Virus record (IMG/VR): IMGVR_UViG_3300036793_000098
Length of the DNA stretch: 64,000 nt
Strand: one strand, 5' to 3'
Source: an uncultured virus (IMG/VR IMGVR_UViG_3300036793_000098)
Taxonomy: Duplodnaviria > Heunggongvirae > Uroviricota > Caudoviricetes
The position numbers were made by a program, and so were the translations under genes. Below are positions 26,821 through 38,600 of the stretch, in pieces. Numbering within the stretch: the stretch's first letter is position 1; each line of letters opens with the position of its first letter. The notes below the pieces were generated by a model. It searched no databases and was not told where the DNA came from. It was given only the letters and a program-made list of their open reading frames with translations.

Positions 26821-27261
26821 GTGATGGACCGGCCGCCGAGTGCGCATTCCGGCCCGTACGAAAGTTCGGACCCGAACAAGCCGCCTGAGGTTGTGGACAC
26901 TGAGGCGGCGTTGGCGTACGCGCGGTTGCTACGGCGTGAGGCGCCGAACGATATTGCGAAGGATTTGTGCATCTCGAGGGCTACTTTCTACCGTCGCATC
27001 GAAATGTTGATGTTGAGACATGACCGTCCTTCTCGGACGTTGATGCAGGTCATAGCCCATGACGAGCTTGATCAACTAACTCGGATGACCTTCGAGCGGC
27101 TCGGCGAAGACTGCTCCAACGCCGACTTCGCCCGCCTCGCCGGCGAGGTTCGGCAACAGAACGCGGCCCGGTTGAAGCTCTATGATGATGCTCCCGCCGC
27201 CGATTCCGATAACGAATCGGACGAGGACTGGGACGATTGGGAAGCCGGCGAATCGGCATGA
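26821..27261 (+). CDS. Terminase small subunit-like HTH protein
   Basis: DIAKDLCISRATFYRRI, helical middle, acidic tail; ATGA overlap with the TerL-like gene. Confidence 0.55.
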   Translation: MMDRPPSAHSGPYESSDPNKPPEVVDTEAALAYARLLRREAPNDIAKDLCISRATFYRRIEMLMLRHDRPSRTLMQVIAHDELDQLTRMTFERLGEDCSNADFARLAGEVRQQNAARLKLYDDAPAADSDNESDEDWDDWEAGESA

Positions 27262-28784
27262 CCGCGCCCGTTAAGCGGCGCCTAGTCGGACCGCCCGGCT
27301 TCAACCTCACTCCGTACCTGGCCCGGTTGTCTAGCCCCTCGTTCAACGCCAGTGCGGCGTACCGGCGCCAGCAGTGCCACAGCTCGCCGATCCTGTTCGC
27401 GCTCTACTACCTCGCTGAACGACACCTAGCCCTGCCCGCCCGGGGTGGCGTGGTACTGCACGCCCTTTCGGATCTGCACATTGAGATGGCGATGGCGGCC
27501 AAGCAGTGGATGCGCAGCGACCTGGCCGCGAAGGAGTGCCGACACGCGTGGGTGGCGCCGCGCTTCGCGGCCAAGACAACGTGGTCGTTCCTGATCCTGC
27601 CATTGTGGGCGATGGCGTTCGGACACCGCAAGTACCTCGCGGTGTGGTCCGACATCGAGGGCCAGGCCAAGCTGCACCTCAAGACCTTGCGCGCTGACCT
27701 GCGCGACAACGAGCGATTGATGCGTGACTTTCCCCAGCTGTGTGCGCCGGCGAAGGACAGCGGCCGGGCGATCTGGGACAACGCAGAGGGGTTCCTGGCC
27801 GCCAGTGGTGCGCTGATTCAGGTGAAGGGCATGAACTCTGCCGCACTCGGGGCGAAGTTCCGGGAGCGCCGACCGGACGCGCTACTGCTGGACGAGATCG
27901 AGCCCAAGGAAGGCAGCTACTCGATCGAGCAGAAGGACAAGCGCCTGATCGACCTGATCGATGCGATCTTCCCGTGCAACGACGCCGCGGCTGTGACCAT
28001 CACCGGTACGACCGTGATGCACGGCTCGATCATTCACGACTTGATCGAGGGTAAGGACTGGGCGGACGCGGAGCGCATCAAGGTGCACCACTTCCCGGGC
28101 ATCATCGAGGACCCGGTGACCGGCGAGGAGCGCTCGTTGTGGCCTGCCAAGTGGACGCTGGAGTACTTGCGCAACGAGCGCAAGGAGAGCCCACGCAGCT
28201 ATGCCAAGAACTTCGAGAACCGCCCGGTCGCGCCTGGCGGCACGTTCTGGGACGACAACGACATCACTTACACGGACAAGTATCTGAAGTGGACCACCGA
28301 ACGGATCCTGATCCTGGACCCGGCCGCGAAGTCGAAGAAGACCAACGACGAGACCGGCATCGCGCTGCTGTCGTACTCGCAGAACGCGCGCAAGACGACG
28401 GTGGAGCGGGTGACGGGGGTGCGGGAGAAGCCGACGCAGCTGCGCGAGCTGGTGCACCGAGTGGCCATGAAGAACGGGATCCGGCTGATCCTGGTCGACG
28501 TGACCAACGGCGGGGACCACGTGCTGAACACCCTGATGCCGCTGCCTCGCGGGGTGAAGATCCTGCCTGTCCATATAGCGAAGCGCTCGAAAGACGACCG
28601 GTTCTCCGACCTGCACGACCTTTATCAGCGCGGCGCGGTGGTGCACGCGAAGCTGATCCCTGAGCTCGAGGCGCAGATGAAGGCGTACCCGCGCACGCTG
28701 CACGACGACCGCATTGATGCCGTAGCCATCGGTGTGGAGTACTTCGTTAAGGGCTTCCCCGGCGCTGCGGCAGTAGCTTCCTGA
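27258..28784 (+). CDS. terL: Terminase large subunit-like ATPase-nuclease
   Basis: APRFAAKTT Walker A, RPDALLLDEIE Walker B, ITGT, LWP, ILDPAA..DETG, HDDRIDA. Confidence 0.82.
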   Translation: MTAPVKRRLVGPPGFNLTPYLARLSSPSFNASAAYRRQQCHSSPILFALYYLAERHLALPARGGVVLHALSDLHIEMAMAAKQWMRSDLAAKECRHAWVAPRFAAKTTWSFLILPLWAMAFGHRKYLAVWSDIEGQAKLHLKTLRADLRDNERLMRDFPQLCAPAKDSGRAIWDNAEGFLAASGALIQVKGMNSAALGAKFRERRPDALLLDEIEPKEGSYSIEQKDKRLIDLIDAIFPCNDAAAVTITGTTVMHGSIIHDLIEGKDWADAERIKVHHFPGIIEDPVTGEERSLWPAKWTLEYLRNERKESPRSYAKNFENRPVAPGGTFWDDNDITYTDKYLKWTTERILILDPAAKSKKTNDETGIALLSYSQNARKTTVERVTGVREKPTQLRELVHRVAMKNGIRLILVDVTNGGDHVLNTLMPLPRGVKILPVHIAKRSKDDRFSDLHDLYQRGAVVHAKLIPELEAQMKAYPRTLHDDRIDAVAIGVEYFVKGFPGAAAVAS

Positions 28785-28831
28785 CCTGCACCAACTTGCA
28801 TAAGTAACCCGCTTGCGATACACTTCAAGGC

Positions 28832-29011
28832 ATGCAAGAGCCCCTCATGACGGTCCAGGAGATCGCCGATTACCTGGGCATCAAGCCGGATTCGGTGCGC
28901 GCCCTGATGCGCCGGCGCGGGATTACTCGCACGGCCGGCTACCCGCGCTCTGAGGTGGAAGCGATCGAGCGCACCCAGGGCCGCCGTACCGACCTCGAGA
29001 ACAAGGACTGA
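28832..29011 (+). CDS. Small HTH protein (59 aa; below ORF-track cutoff) with leaderless promoter
   Basis: MQEPLMTVQEIADYLGIKPDSVR...QGRRTDL; TTGCAT(28796)-N17-TACACT-N7-ATG. Confidence 0.7.
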   Translation: MQEPLMTVQEIADYLGIKPDSVRALMRRRGITRTAGYPRSEVEAIERTQGRRTDLENKD

Positions 29012-29440
29012 GCTCATGCAGTGGACCCAGCACTTCATCAATATCACCTTGTCGCTCGCGGTGGTCGCCCAGGGATTCCAGGTTCGCAGCCTGGGCCGCC
29101 GGCTAGAGCGGTGGGAGACGGGGCGCAGACCATGACCTCCTACTACAAAGGTCTGATCGCCGAGACCGACGCCCGCGAGGCAATCCACCGCGCGGCCCAG
29201 CGCGCCCGCGACGCGGAGACGTTCTGCCACCACGGCCGCAACATGCTCGAGCAGTGCACCGCGTGCGCGGACGAGGAAGACAACCGATGAGCGGATTCGA
29301 CCGGGCGCAGGCGCAGTACGACGCGATGCTCCCGCCCTCGTACTGGGCCGACGACGAGGACGAGGCAGACGAGCCCGCCTGCGCTTGCGGCAACCCGCTC
29401 GAAGCCCCCGGGGACGACCACTGCGAGGAGTGCGACTGAC

Positions 29441-30328
29441 ATGTTCGCGTGGCTCTCCCCCGTTTGGCAGGCCCTCACCACCGCTGCCCGCGCAACGGCC
29501 GCTGTAGCGAAGCGTGCCGCCGCCGCCATCCGTAGAGGTGCGATCACAGCGGCGAAGTGGGCGAAGGCCACCGCACAGAAAGCAGCCCACGCGGCCCGAA
29601 CCACAGCCGGCCGGATCAAGGACTGGGCGTCGGACATGCGCAGCCCACAGTTGAGGCAGGCCCGCTGGTACGCCCGGGGCGCGCAGAAGTCCCTGGCGAG
29701 GGCGGACCTGGAGTTTGCCCAGGGCAACGCCGGGAACAGCGTTTTTGAACTGGAGCATGCGGCGATGGAGCAGGCGAACATAGCCAAACTCCGCGCCGGT
29801 ACGTATCCGCAACAGAGGCTTGACGCGTTCTGGGATGCGAAGAACGCGTTCATGACGAAGCCCGACGGTGATGACACCGAGAGCTGCGGTTCCTGCCACG
29901 GCGAAGGTTGCCCCGAGTGTCGGGGTTGGGGTTGGAATCTGAAGCCCGGCTATTGCGACATCCCGACGACTGGCCGGTGTAGTTGCTCCGGGCAGAAGGG
30001 GTGCAAAGAGTTGACTACCAAAGGGAGTTCCACGATGTCTCTCGACCTACCCACCCTGTCCACGGACACGGCCACCGGTCACACCCTGGCCAAGGCCCTG
30101 CGGGAGACCTCGCAGGCGGCCCGGCGGGGTGCGGCGGAAGCCACAGCCCGCGCGGAAGCCCTCCGGGCGCAGGCCGCGTCGATGGGCGACAAACCGGACA
30201 TGCAGGACGCGGCGGCTGCCCTGTTGGCGGAGGCGGCGATGTGGCAGGAGAAAGCGGAGCAGCGCCTCGGTATGGCGGCAGCGTACGAGGAGGCAGCGGC
30301 GGGCGCTGAGGCGGAGGAGGGGAAGTGA
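29441..30328 (+). CDS. Hypothetical protein: amphipathic N-terminus, CxxCxGxG Zn motifs, Ala-rich coiled coil
   Basis: ORF composition; possible internal start near 30035 with GGGAG RBS. Confidence 0.5.
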   Translation: MFAWLSPVWQALTTAARATAAVAKRAAAAIRRGAITAAKWAKATAQKAAHAARTTAGRIKDWASDMRSPQLRQARWYARGAQKSLARADLEFAQGNAGNSVFELEHAAMEQANIAKLRAGTYPQQRLDAFWDAKNAFMTKPDGDDTESCGSCHGEGCPECRGWGWNLKPGYCDIPTTGRCSCSGQKGCKELTTKGSSTMSLDLPTLSTDTATGHTLAKALRETSQAARRGAAEATARAEALRAQAASMGDKPDMQDAAAALLAEAAMWQEKAEQRLGMAAAYEEAAAGAEAEEGK

Positions 30329-30776
30329 GCGACGAGATGCCCGGCATGATTTGCCGCGACGGTGGTCACGCATGGGACACCCCCGAGGGGCACCACCGCC
30401 CGGTCGAGGGGCAGACATGTCAGTGCGGGGAACGAACCTATGTTGAGGACCCGTGGTTGGCGGGACGCCCGACGGCCGGGGTTCTCGACCTGCGTAAGCC
30501 GTCGGAGGAGGGGAAGTGACGGGCGGCGATACGGGCGACAAGCCGTACGTGTCACTACTTACCGGCCGGTTCGATTGCGGCCACTACGCGCAGCTTGCCT
30601 GTCGTAAGGACGGTTTGTACGAGGTGACTGGGTGCGCGCAGTGTGTGACACGCTGCCCGAATTGCGGAGCGTCGACGGGGCGCCAGTGCATCACTCAGAG
30701 CGGGTTCGGCACCCGGACTCATCGGGAGCGCATCAAGGCCGCCGGTTTCGACTACGCCCGGGTAGAGGGTCTGTAA

Positions 30777-32213
30777 ATGACCCCCCTCCTGTACCTCCTC
30801 GGCGCGGTCATCGCCGGCGCGTACGGTCTGATCGCCTACCACCGCACGCACCGCCCCCAACCCGCACCGGTGAAGCCCCGCCCGGTCAAGGTCACGTCCG
30901 CCGAACCGGACCTCCTCGAACCCCTGCGCAAAGCGTTGAAGCGGGTCGGCCACGGCGAGCTGGAGATCACCGCCTGGGCCCAGATCCCGGCCGGTGTGCG
31001 GGCACGGCTGCGGGTCCCGTCCAAGGTCATGTGTCGCACGACGAGCCAGCAGGGTTTGTCCGGCTGGGATGCGGAGAAGATCGCCGTCGGCCTGGCCGAA
31101 GTGACCGGGAGCGAGATCTGCTCGGGCTGGGTGCAGCTGGAGAAAACCCCATCGGCCGGCACGTTCGAGCTGACCGTGGTGAGCGAGGACGTGATGGCAA
31201 AGACCATCCCGTACGTGGATCAGCCGGGTTGGGCGGACGTGGACGAGCCCCGCGTTGTCGGTTACCGGCTGGATGGTGAGCCGCACCGGATGCGCCTGAA
31301 CCAGCACGGTCAGACCGCCGGCGCGACCGGCGCCGGCAAGACAGGGTTCGTGCACGTGGAGCTCGCGGAGGAAACCCGCACCCACAACTGTGTGCCGTGG
31401 GTGGCCGGTACGTGGAAGTTGTACGACTTGGTCGCCGGTTGGGTGGAGCCTTTCGCGGACACCGACCTGGGTTTGCCGCTGGATTGGGTGGCGTCGGGGC
31501 AGCGGGACACGGTGGACATGTTGGTGACGGCGTTGCGGGTGGCGCAGTGGCGCCAGTGCCAGCCGATGGCGGATCGTGACCAGTTCACCACGATCATCAT
31601 CCACCTTGACGAGGCGTCGTACCCGTTGCGGAACCGGGTCACCAAGGGCATGTGGCAGGGGGTGGAGCACACCGCGTCGCAGCTGGCGGCGAAGATCGCC
31701 CAGGGTGCCGGCTCCGCCCGGGTGTGGATCAAGTTCGCGTCCCAGCGCGGCGTGTCCGACCACTTGGGCGATCAGGGCGCGGACTCGAGGGCCAACGCCG
31801 GCTACACCGCCGCGTTCCGCACGCGCGACCCGGACGACATCGGACGGTTGACCGGCGACCACAAACTGTTGGTCCCCCGCCACCCGGGCGAGTTCCTGCT
31901 CTCCGCCGACAGTGCCCCGGTGCGACTCAAGGTTCCCTATCTACAGAGCATCGACCCCAACCAACCCCGCCTGCACGAAGGCTTGACCGTGTCCGATGTG
32001 GCGTGGTCGAGACGGCACTTCACCCGCCACCTCGACGCCGGCTCAGCGTTGGCGGCGGGTGCGGAGTACGCCGCCCGGCACGTGCGCATGAACGCGGCGA
32101 TGCGGGCGTATTTGACCGGTACCGAGGTGGAGCGAGTGGCCCCGTCGGCGGCACACCGCGCCGGATATGAGGCCGTGATGGCGGAGCTGAACAACGTGAA
32201 GGTGGGTGCGTGA
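30777..32213 (+). CDS. TraB/FtsK-SpoIIIE-like membrane-anchored ATPase
   Basis: N-terminal TM segment, HGQTAGATGAGKT, IIIHLDEAS, FASQR. Confidence 0.75.
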   Translation: MTPLLYLLGAVIAGAYGLIAYHRTHRPQPAPVKPRPVKVTSAEPDLLEPLRKALKRVGHGELEITAWAQIPAGVRARLRVPSKVMCRTTSQQGLSGWDAEKIAVGLAEVTGSEICSGWVQLEKTPSAGTFELTVVSEDVMAKTIPYVDQPGWADVDEPRVVGYRLDGEPHRMRLNQHGQTAGATGAGKTGFVHVELAEETRTHNCVPWVAGTWKLYDLVAGWVEPFADTDLGLPLDWVASGQRDTVDMLVTALRVAQWRQCQPMADRDQFTTIIIHLDEASYPLRNRVTKGMWQGVEHTASQLAAKIAQGAGSARVWIKFASQRGVSDHLGDQGADSRANAGYTAAFRTRDPDDIGRLTGDHKLLVPRHPGEFLLSADSAPVRLKVPYLQSIDPNQPRLHEGLTVSDVAWSRRHFTRHLDAGSALAAGAEYAARHVRMNAAMRAYLTGTEVERVAPSAAHRAGYEAVMAELNNVKVGA

Positions 32214-32661
32214 TGGCGCTTGATGGGAGCGGGCGGTTCAGGACATGTTCGAGTTGATCCACCCGACTATGACGCTGAATTGTCCGTGTGGGTTCAACGC
32301 TGTCGGCCCAGCGCACGAGGTGAGCTGGGCCGGCACTTGCCACCACTGCGAGAAAACCGACCGCAGTTGGGGGCAGAAGTACGAGCCCTCGATCTACCGG
32401 TGAGGAGACCTTGATGCAAGGACGTTCAGAAGCTTTCGACGAACTGATCAGGGTTGGTTTCATCGGCCCACTCACGAAGAAAGACCAGGACTTTTCTGAC
32501 CTGCTCAACGCGTTCACGCTGTTCGACGACAATGGGCTGATCGACCCCGAGGAGACGACGTGATCGACTTCTCCCGCTCGACGCACCCGATCCTCAACCA
32601 GGCTGGCCGGGACTGGGCGATGGGCAAACGCAAGAGCCACTTCCCGCCGAAGGAGAACGAT

Positions 32662-32901
32662 GTGAACACCAGAACCCTGTCCGGCTTCGTGTCCGCGCGC
32701 ATCAACGAGCACACCGACCCGGACGAGACCGAAGCCCTGCGTGAGTTGTGGAACATGGCCCACGACCAGATCGACGTCACCCCACCGTACTACCCGGTCG
32801 CCCGCCATTACGTGCCCGGCGAGGTGAAGAACGAGCGGGCGCTACGGGAGCTGGCCCGCCAGTGGCGGGATCACCCGGACTACCGGCAGGAGTGGGCGTG
32901 A
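32662..32901 (+). CDS. DUF6221-like small protein
   Basis: FVSARINE...LRELARQWRDHPDYRQEW; RBS AAGGAG. Confidence 0.6.
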   Translation: MNTRTLSGFVSARINEHTDPDETEALRELWNMAHDQIDVTPPYYPVARHYVPGEVKNERALRELARQWRDHPDYRQEWA

Positions 32902-34479
32902 GCGGGCAGCCTTCCGACGAGGAGATCGTGAACCACCTCACCGGCCGCGCAGAGAGTCAACGCGTCACGGAGCTGATCCAGCTTGCCGCCAAGCCCGCCC
33001 GCGTGGAACTCGTCCAGGACCCTGACACCGGGGAGCAACGTTGGAAGCTCACCGACGCCGAGTGGGATCTGATCGGCCTGGTGTGTGATCGGATCGACGA
33101 GGCCAACCCCGACCTGCCCATCGAACAATGCCAGCGCATCGCCCGGGACATCATCCAGCTGGTGAGGGGAGCGGACGTGAGTGAACACAAGTACGAAGCG
33201 TCACCCAAAGAACCCGTTGGCCCCGGCGACAAGCCCGCCGACCGGGCCGCGTGGTGGAACTCCGACAACCTCGAACACCTGTGGTTCGTCGGCCCCGATG
33301 ACCGGTTCGTGCCGGTGGATAGGAGGTTGGAGGTGCGCGGCGAACTGAAGGCTGGCATCGGCGGCCGGGAGGCGTTGCTGTTGCGGGCGTGGGCTGAGGC
33401 GATCCTGCGGGAGCTGACGTGAGCGACGGGGGGTGGGGCACCCCGTGACCGGCTACGTCGACATGACCCCGTTCGGTCACTGCGGCCCGTGCCCCCAGTG
33501 CGGCTCAACGTTCGTGTGCCGGCGCCTCCGAGACGTGCCGGGCTCACCGCGGCATTACTACCACTGCGACGACTGCTCGGCCGAGTGGGTTGAGCCGACG
33601 GAAGCCCAGCTCGCCGGTGACGCGTGGCGAGAGCAGCGGATCAGAGAGTTTGAGATGCGGACAAATCCGAGGGGGCTGACGTGACCGAGTTCAGCAGCGC
33701 GTGGACCGGATGAAAACCCTCCTCGTTCTGCTCGCCGCCGCTGTTGTGATCACCGGCTTGGCTCTGGCCCCACGCATCGCGCCGGGCCTATCGTGTTACC
33801 TGGTCGAGTGACCCCGAAGATGGAGCTGGTCCGATGAGGTTGTGGCTGTCGGTGCGGTTGCCGTTCACCCCGCTGCGGGTCGGCACATCGGTCGGCGGCC
33901 GCCGGCGCCGCCCGGTCGACGGGTCGCCGATCGCCGGGTACGTGGTGCTGTGCGGCCTGGGCCTACTGCTGGTCGGCGCGGTGGCACACAGCTGGGCGCA
34001 GGTGTGGCCGTGGCTGATCGCCGGCGTGCTCGTGTTCGTTGGCCATCACCTACTCAAGGCGCACCGCAACCCGCAACCCCTATCCAACACGGTCGAAGAC
34101 CGGGCGGCGAAGGTCAAAGCCTGCCCGCCGTGCCGAGATGCGATCGCCCGCGCCCGCACGTCCGGCACCTGGGAGCGGTGTACGAAGTGCCGCACCCCGT
34201 GGCGGATCCGCACCCCGAACCAGGCCGCGGTGTCCGATCGGAGGTAGCATCTTCGGCCGTGGAGCCGTGGTCCTACGCCGAGCCGTCGCGCATCGACACG
34301 CACCTCGCGGCGTTGGACGTGTTGCGGGCGCGGATCCGGGCGCTGATGGTCACCATGACCGGCCCGTGCGGCAGCCCCGGCAACCCGCACATGTGGGTGA
34401 TGGTCACGAACCGGGACAACGTGCCGCGCACCGTGTGCGCGAAGTGCGGGGCCAGCGGGTAATAAGCTAAAGTAGTCCT

Positions 34480-35292
34480 ATGGCATACGGGGATGTTGTG
34501 CAGCCTGTATCCGAGTGGATATCCACCGGTCAAGCTGCTGCCATATTGAATATTTCACGGGAGACCGTTCATAGTCGCCTCCAATCTGGAGAGATCGCCT
34601 TCAGGAGGCCAAAGGTCCACTACCAAGTCAACTTTGCCTCAGTACTTGAGTACCGTGATCGCCACTTACGCGCAGTAGATTTTACCGATTACACCGAGGA
34701 AAGATGGCTACCGGTTGTAGGCTACGAAGACCTATATCACGTCAGCGACAAGGGTCGAGTGCGGAACTGCAAGCCATCGCGGAGAATCTTGCGCAACAAG
34801 ATCGAAAAAACTGGCTATCACCGACTGGCACTATGTCGGCCTGGAAGTCCTCGCAGACTTGCCCGCGTCCACCGACTAGTTCTTGAGGCTTTCGTCGGCC
34901 CCTGCCCTCCCGGCATGGAGGCATGCCACGAGGACTGCGATGCGGGGAACAACACCCTGGCCAACCTGCGCTGGGACACTCATGAAGCTAACTTGATGGA
35001 CTCCGCTCGACGCAGGAGCAGCCAGGCGGGTGGATCAAGCAAGCCATTGTGTGCCGCACCGTACCGTACGCCAACCAAAACGCACTGCAGTCGAAGACAT
35101 CCTCACTCGGAGTGGAACACTGCGATCCGATTCAGGGGTTCAGGGTGTCATCGGTGCATAGCCTGTGAGCGCGCCCGCGCCATCGTAAATGAGACACGCC
35201 GCAGGACTGGACGCGTGCTAGACGTTGACGTGGTGGCCGAACAGCAGTTCGGGAGACTTCAAGCTGAGCACGAAAGCCGACAGGTCGCATAA
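34480..35292 (+). CDS. HTH + NUMOD4 + HNH homing endonuclease
   Basis: ISTGQAAAIL HTH, ERWLPVVGYEDLYHVSDKGRVR, VHRLVLEAF..EACH..NLRW; lower GC. Confidence 0.85.
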   Translation: MAYGDVVQPVSEWISTGQAAAILNISRETVHSRLQSGEIAFRRPKVHYQVNFASVLEYRDRHLRAVDFTDYTEERWLPVVGYEDLYHVSDKGRVRNCKPSRRILRNKIEKTGYHRLALCRPGSPRRLARVHRLVLEAFVGPCPPGMEACHEDCDAGNNTLANLRWDTHEANLMDSARRRSSQAGGSSKPLCAAPYRTPTKTHCSRRHPHSEWNTAIRFRGSGCHRCIACERARAIVNETRRRTGRVLDVDVVAEQQFGRLQAEHESRQVA

Positions 35293-35337
35293 AAAAGAAG
35301 CCCCGCTAACCACCTAAGGAGGCAGTTAGCAGGGCTT
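35291..35337 (-). terminator. Terminator of the late (minus-strand) operon
   Basis: AAGCCC-GCTAAC...GTTAGC-GGGCTT stem with a plus-strand A tract. Confidence 0.65.
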
Positions 35338-35624
35338 ACGGATATCGCCCTCGATCCAGGGAGCCACGGGGATTGGCTACGACCTGGATCGAGGGCTTTT
35401 ACGTCCCCGCCGCGGACGAGCGAGCCCGGCGGGAACGGCTCAGGGGCGGGTTTGCAGATACTGGTAGCGACACGTCCTCTCGTGCTCCTGGCGCTGCGTA
35501 CGGGCCCGCATCTCACCGCCGGGCAGCCAGCGGGCCACCCAGGTGCAGCCGAAGCGCATGTACGAGCAGATGAGGTAGGAACCTGTTGCCTCGGGGTCGC
35601 GGCTGGTGGTCATGGGCCTGCTTT

Positions 35625-38600
35625 CTAGTCCAAAGCCTGTGGAGCGCCGACCCGAACGGTCGCCGGAACCGTCTGACCACCGGTCGACGACACGGACGCG
35701 TTCTCCACGCCCTCGCCGGCGTGAACACCCGCCAGGGCTTGCGCCGTGATCGCCCCGGTTGAGCTCAGCATGACCGGCCCCAACGCGTGCACCGCGGGCA
35801 GCATCGCCGGATCACCGACGTCCGGTTCCCAGCTGGGGTGACCAGCGATCGCGCTGACCGAGGTGGTCGCACCCAACGTTGCGGTGCTGAACGCGGTCCA
35901 GTGCACCACCGCAACCACGGACGTGCCGGCGGACAACAACGCGGTCGCCTGCTGCCCGAGCACGGCCTGCGCGGTCAGCACGGTGACCGCCTGCAGCGAC
36001 GCGACGGCCGGCACCGATCCAGTCGCGGCCGAGTTCACCGACGATGTTGCCGACAGCGTTGCGGTCGCCGGCTGGATAACCGTGCCGGCGGCGGCGACGG
36101 AGCTGGACGCGGACAGGGTCGCGGACGCAACCCCCACGACCAGGGCGTTCGCGGTGACCGTTGTGGTTGCGCCCAGGGTGGCGTCGGCGTTCGACGAACC
36201 AGCCGTGACCGCCGTGACCGTGCTGGCTGCGCTGAGCGTGGCTGTTGCTGCCTGCTCAAGCACGCCGGCGGCAGTGACGCTGGTGGCCGCCGTCAGTGCC
36301 GCTGTCGCGGGTCGTTCGCGCACGCCCGCCGCGCTGACCGAGGTCGAGGCCGACAGGGCGACGGTCGCTACCGCGGTGACATCGCCCGCAGCCGTGACCG
36401 TGGTCGCCGCGCTGAGGGCGGCATCGGCGGCGGTCGACCCGGCCGTCGTTGCGGATACGGACGTGATCGCGGCCAGTGTTGCCGCACCGGTGGTGATGAC
36501 GAACCCGGACGCGGTGACCGACGTGGCCGCCGCGAGGGCCGCCGAGCTCGATTGTTCGCGGACCGCGGCGGCCGATACCGAGGTCGTGGCCGTGAGCCCG
36601 GCCGTGGTGAACAGCCCGGCCGTGGCTCCGGCGGTGACCGCGGTCGTGGCGACCAGCGCCGCTGTACCGGAGACCAGGTCGATCGCGTTGGCCGTGACCG
36701 ATGTCGTGGCCGCGAGGGTGGCCGTCGCTGAGGTGCCGCCGGCGGTGTCGGCCGTGACCACGGTCGAAGCGGACAGGGCCGCCGTACCGCTCGTGGTGGC
36801 GAACGCGGTCGCGGTGACCGTACTGCTTGCGGCCAGCAAAGCGGCACCGGGCGCGATGTCGATCGCGCCAGCAGTGACCGACGTGGCGGCGGCGAGAGGC
36901 GCGGTAGCGAAGTACCCGGCGGTCGGCGTCGCGGTCACCGACGTAGTCGCGGCCAGCGTGCCCGTACCCGGAGCGATGTCGATCGCACCGGCGGTCACGG
37001 AGGTGACGGCGGTCAGTGCCGCTGTGCCGGTGGTTGCCGCCGTAGCCGCCGCTGTGACCGTGCTGGCGCTGGTCAGGGCCGCGGTCGCGGGCTGCACGCG
37101 GACGGCGTTAGCCGCGACCGTGCTGGCCGCTGTGAGCGTCGCTGAGCCGCTGGTTTGACCGACCCCGGTAGCGGTGACCGCCGTGGACGCGGACAACGCC
37201 GCCGAACCGGTCGTTGAGATGAAGCCAGCCGCCGTGACCGACGTGGTAGCGCTCAGCGTGCCCGCCGCGGGCTGGACGCGAACTCCCGTTGCCGATACTG
37301 ACGTGGCGGCCGACAGAGCCGCGGTGCCGGTGGTCGTGGCGGACGCGGCGGCGGTGACGCTGGTTGTACTGGCCAGTGCGCCCGCGCCCGTGGTGCTGGT
37401 GAACCCGCTCGCGGCCACCGTCGAGCTCGCGGCCAGGGTGGCGGTCGCGGGCTGTTCGCGTACGCCGGTAGCCGATACCGAGCTCGTGGCCGAGAGCGTG
37501 GCCGTGGCCTGGTTGGTGGCGGTTGCAGCCGAGGTGACCGTGGTGCTCGCGGACAGCGACGCGGCGACCGGTTGCTCGCGGACCCCCGTAGTGGTGACCG
37601 ACGTCGTTGCGCTTAGCGTCGCCGTGCCGGACTGGACGATCGCCCCGGTCGCGGACACCGACGAGGTCGCGGCCAGTGCGGCGGTCGCGGTGTTGACGAT
37701 CGCGGTCGGGGTCGGCCACGTGGTGTGCCAGTGCTGCAGGTTGGTCAGCTCGACGGTGTTGTAGTTGGTCGCCGCGTCGAACGTTTCGTTGCTGTTGGAG
37801 TAGCAGCCGGCCTTGGAGTAGTACTCAGCGAGCCCGGAGAAGGTGAACGTGCCACCCGCGGTCGCGTACGCGGTCGACGTCCATACCGGGGTGGCGAAGT
37901 CGTTGTAGTAGATCGACCAGGCGCCGTTGTTGATGTACAGCATCCAGTCGAACCAGGTGCCGAGCACATAGTTGTTGTCCAGGTGCGGCTGCCCGGTGCC
38001 GGTGCCTCCCACCGCGATCCGCAGCTCCGGCACGAACGTGGAGCTGTTCTCCTGTACGTAGATCTTCAGGACGTCGCTGTTCAGGGTGGTGCCGTCGTGG
38101 ATCTGGCAGACGACGATGCGCTTGCGGAAGTTCGGCGACGGAGAAGACCCCAGGTCGGTGATCTTCGTGCGGCCCCGGATGTAGTGCACCCCCGAGGTAG
38201 CGTCGAACGCCATGTCCGTGACGCCGTCGGTGGACTCTTCCCGCAGCTCCGTACGTGGGAACGAGGTGCCGCTGGTGGTCGGCGCGTCCATCCGGACGGA
38301 GAACTTCACCGCCCCGTCGGCGGAGACGTTCACGAACTGCGGGTCGGTGTTCCAGCCGGCGATCAACTCGGACTGCAACAGCTCGCTGATCGCGGTGTAA
38401 CCGGAGAACGCGGTCTGCAGCTTGAAGTGGTTCTTACCCGAGCCGGAGCCGATGTTCAGGGCGGTGGCGGCGGAGGTGTCCGGATTGGTGGCGTAGACCA
38501 GGAGGCCGATAGCGTCGGATACCCCGGTCGTGCCCTGCTTGCCGACCGGAGACTGGGACGTGGACACCGACAGGTTTGATATCCACTGGTTGCCGGTACT

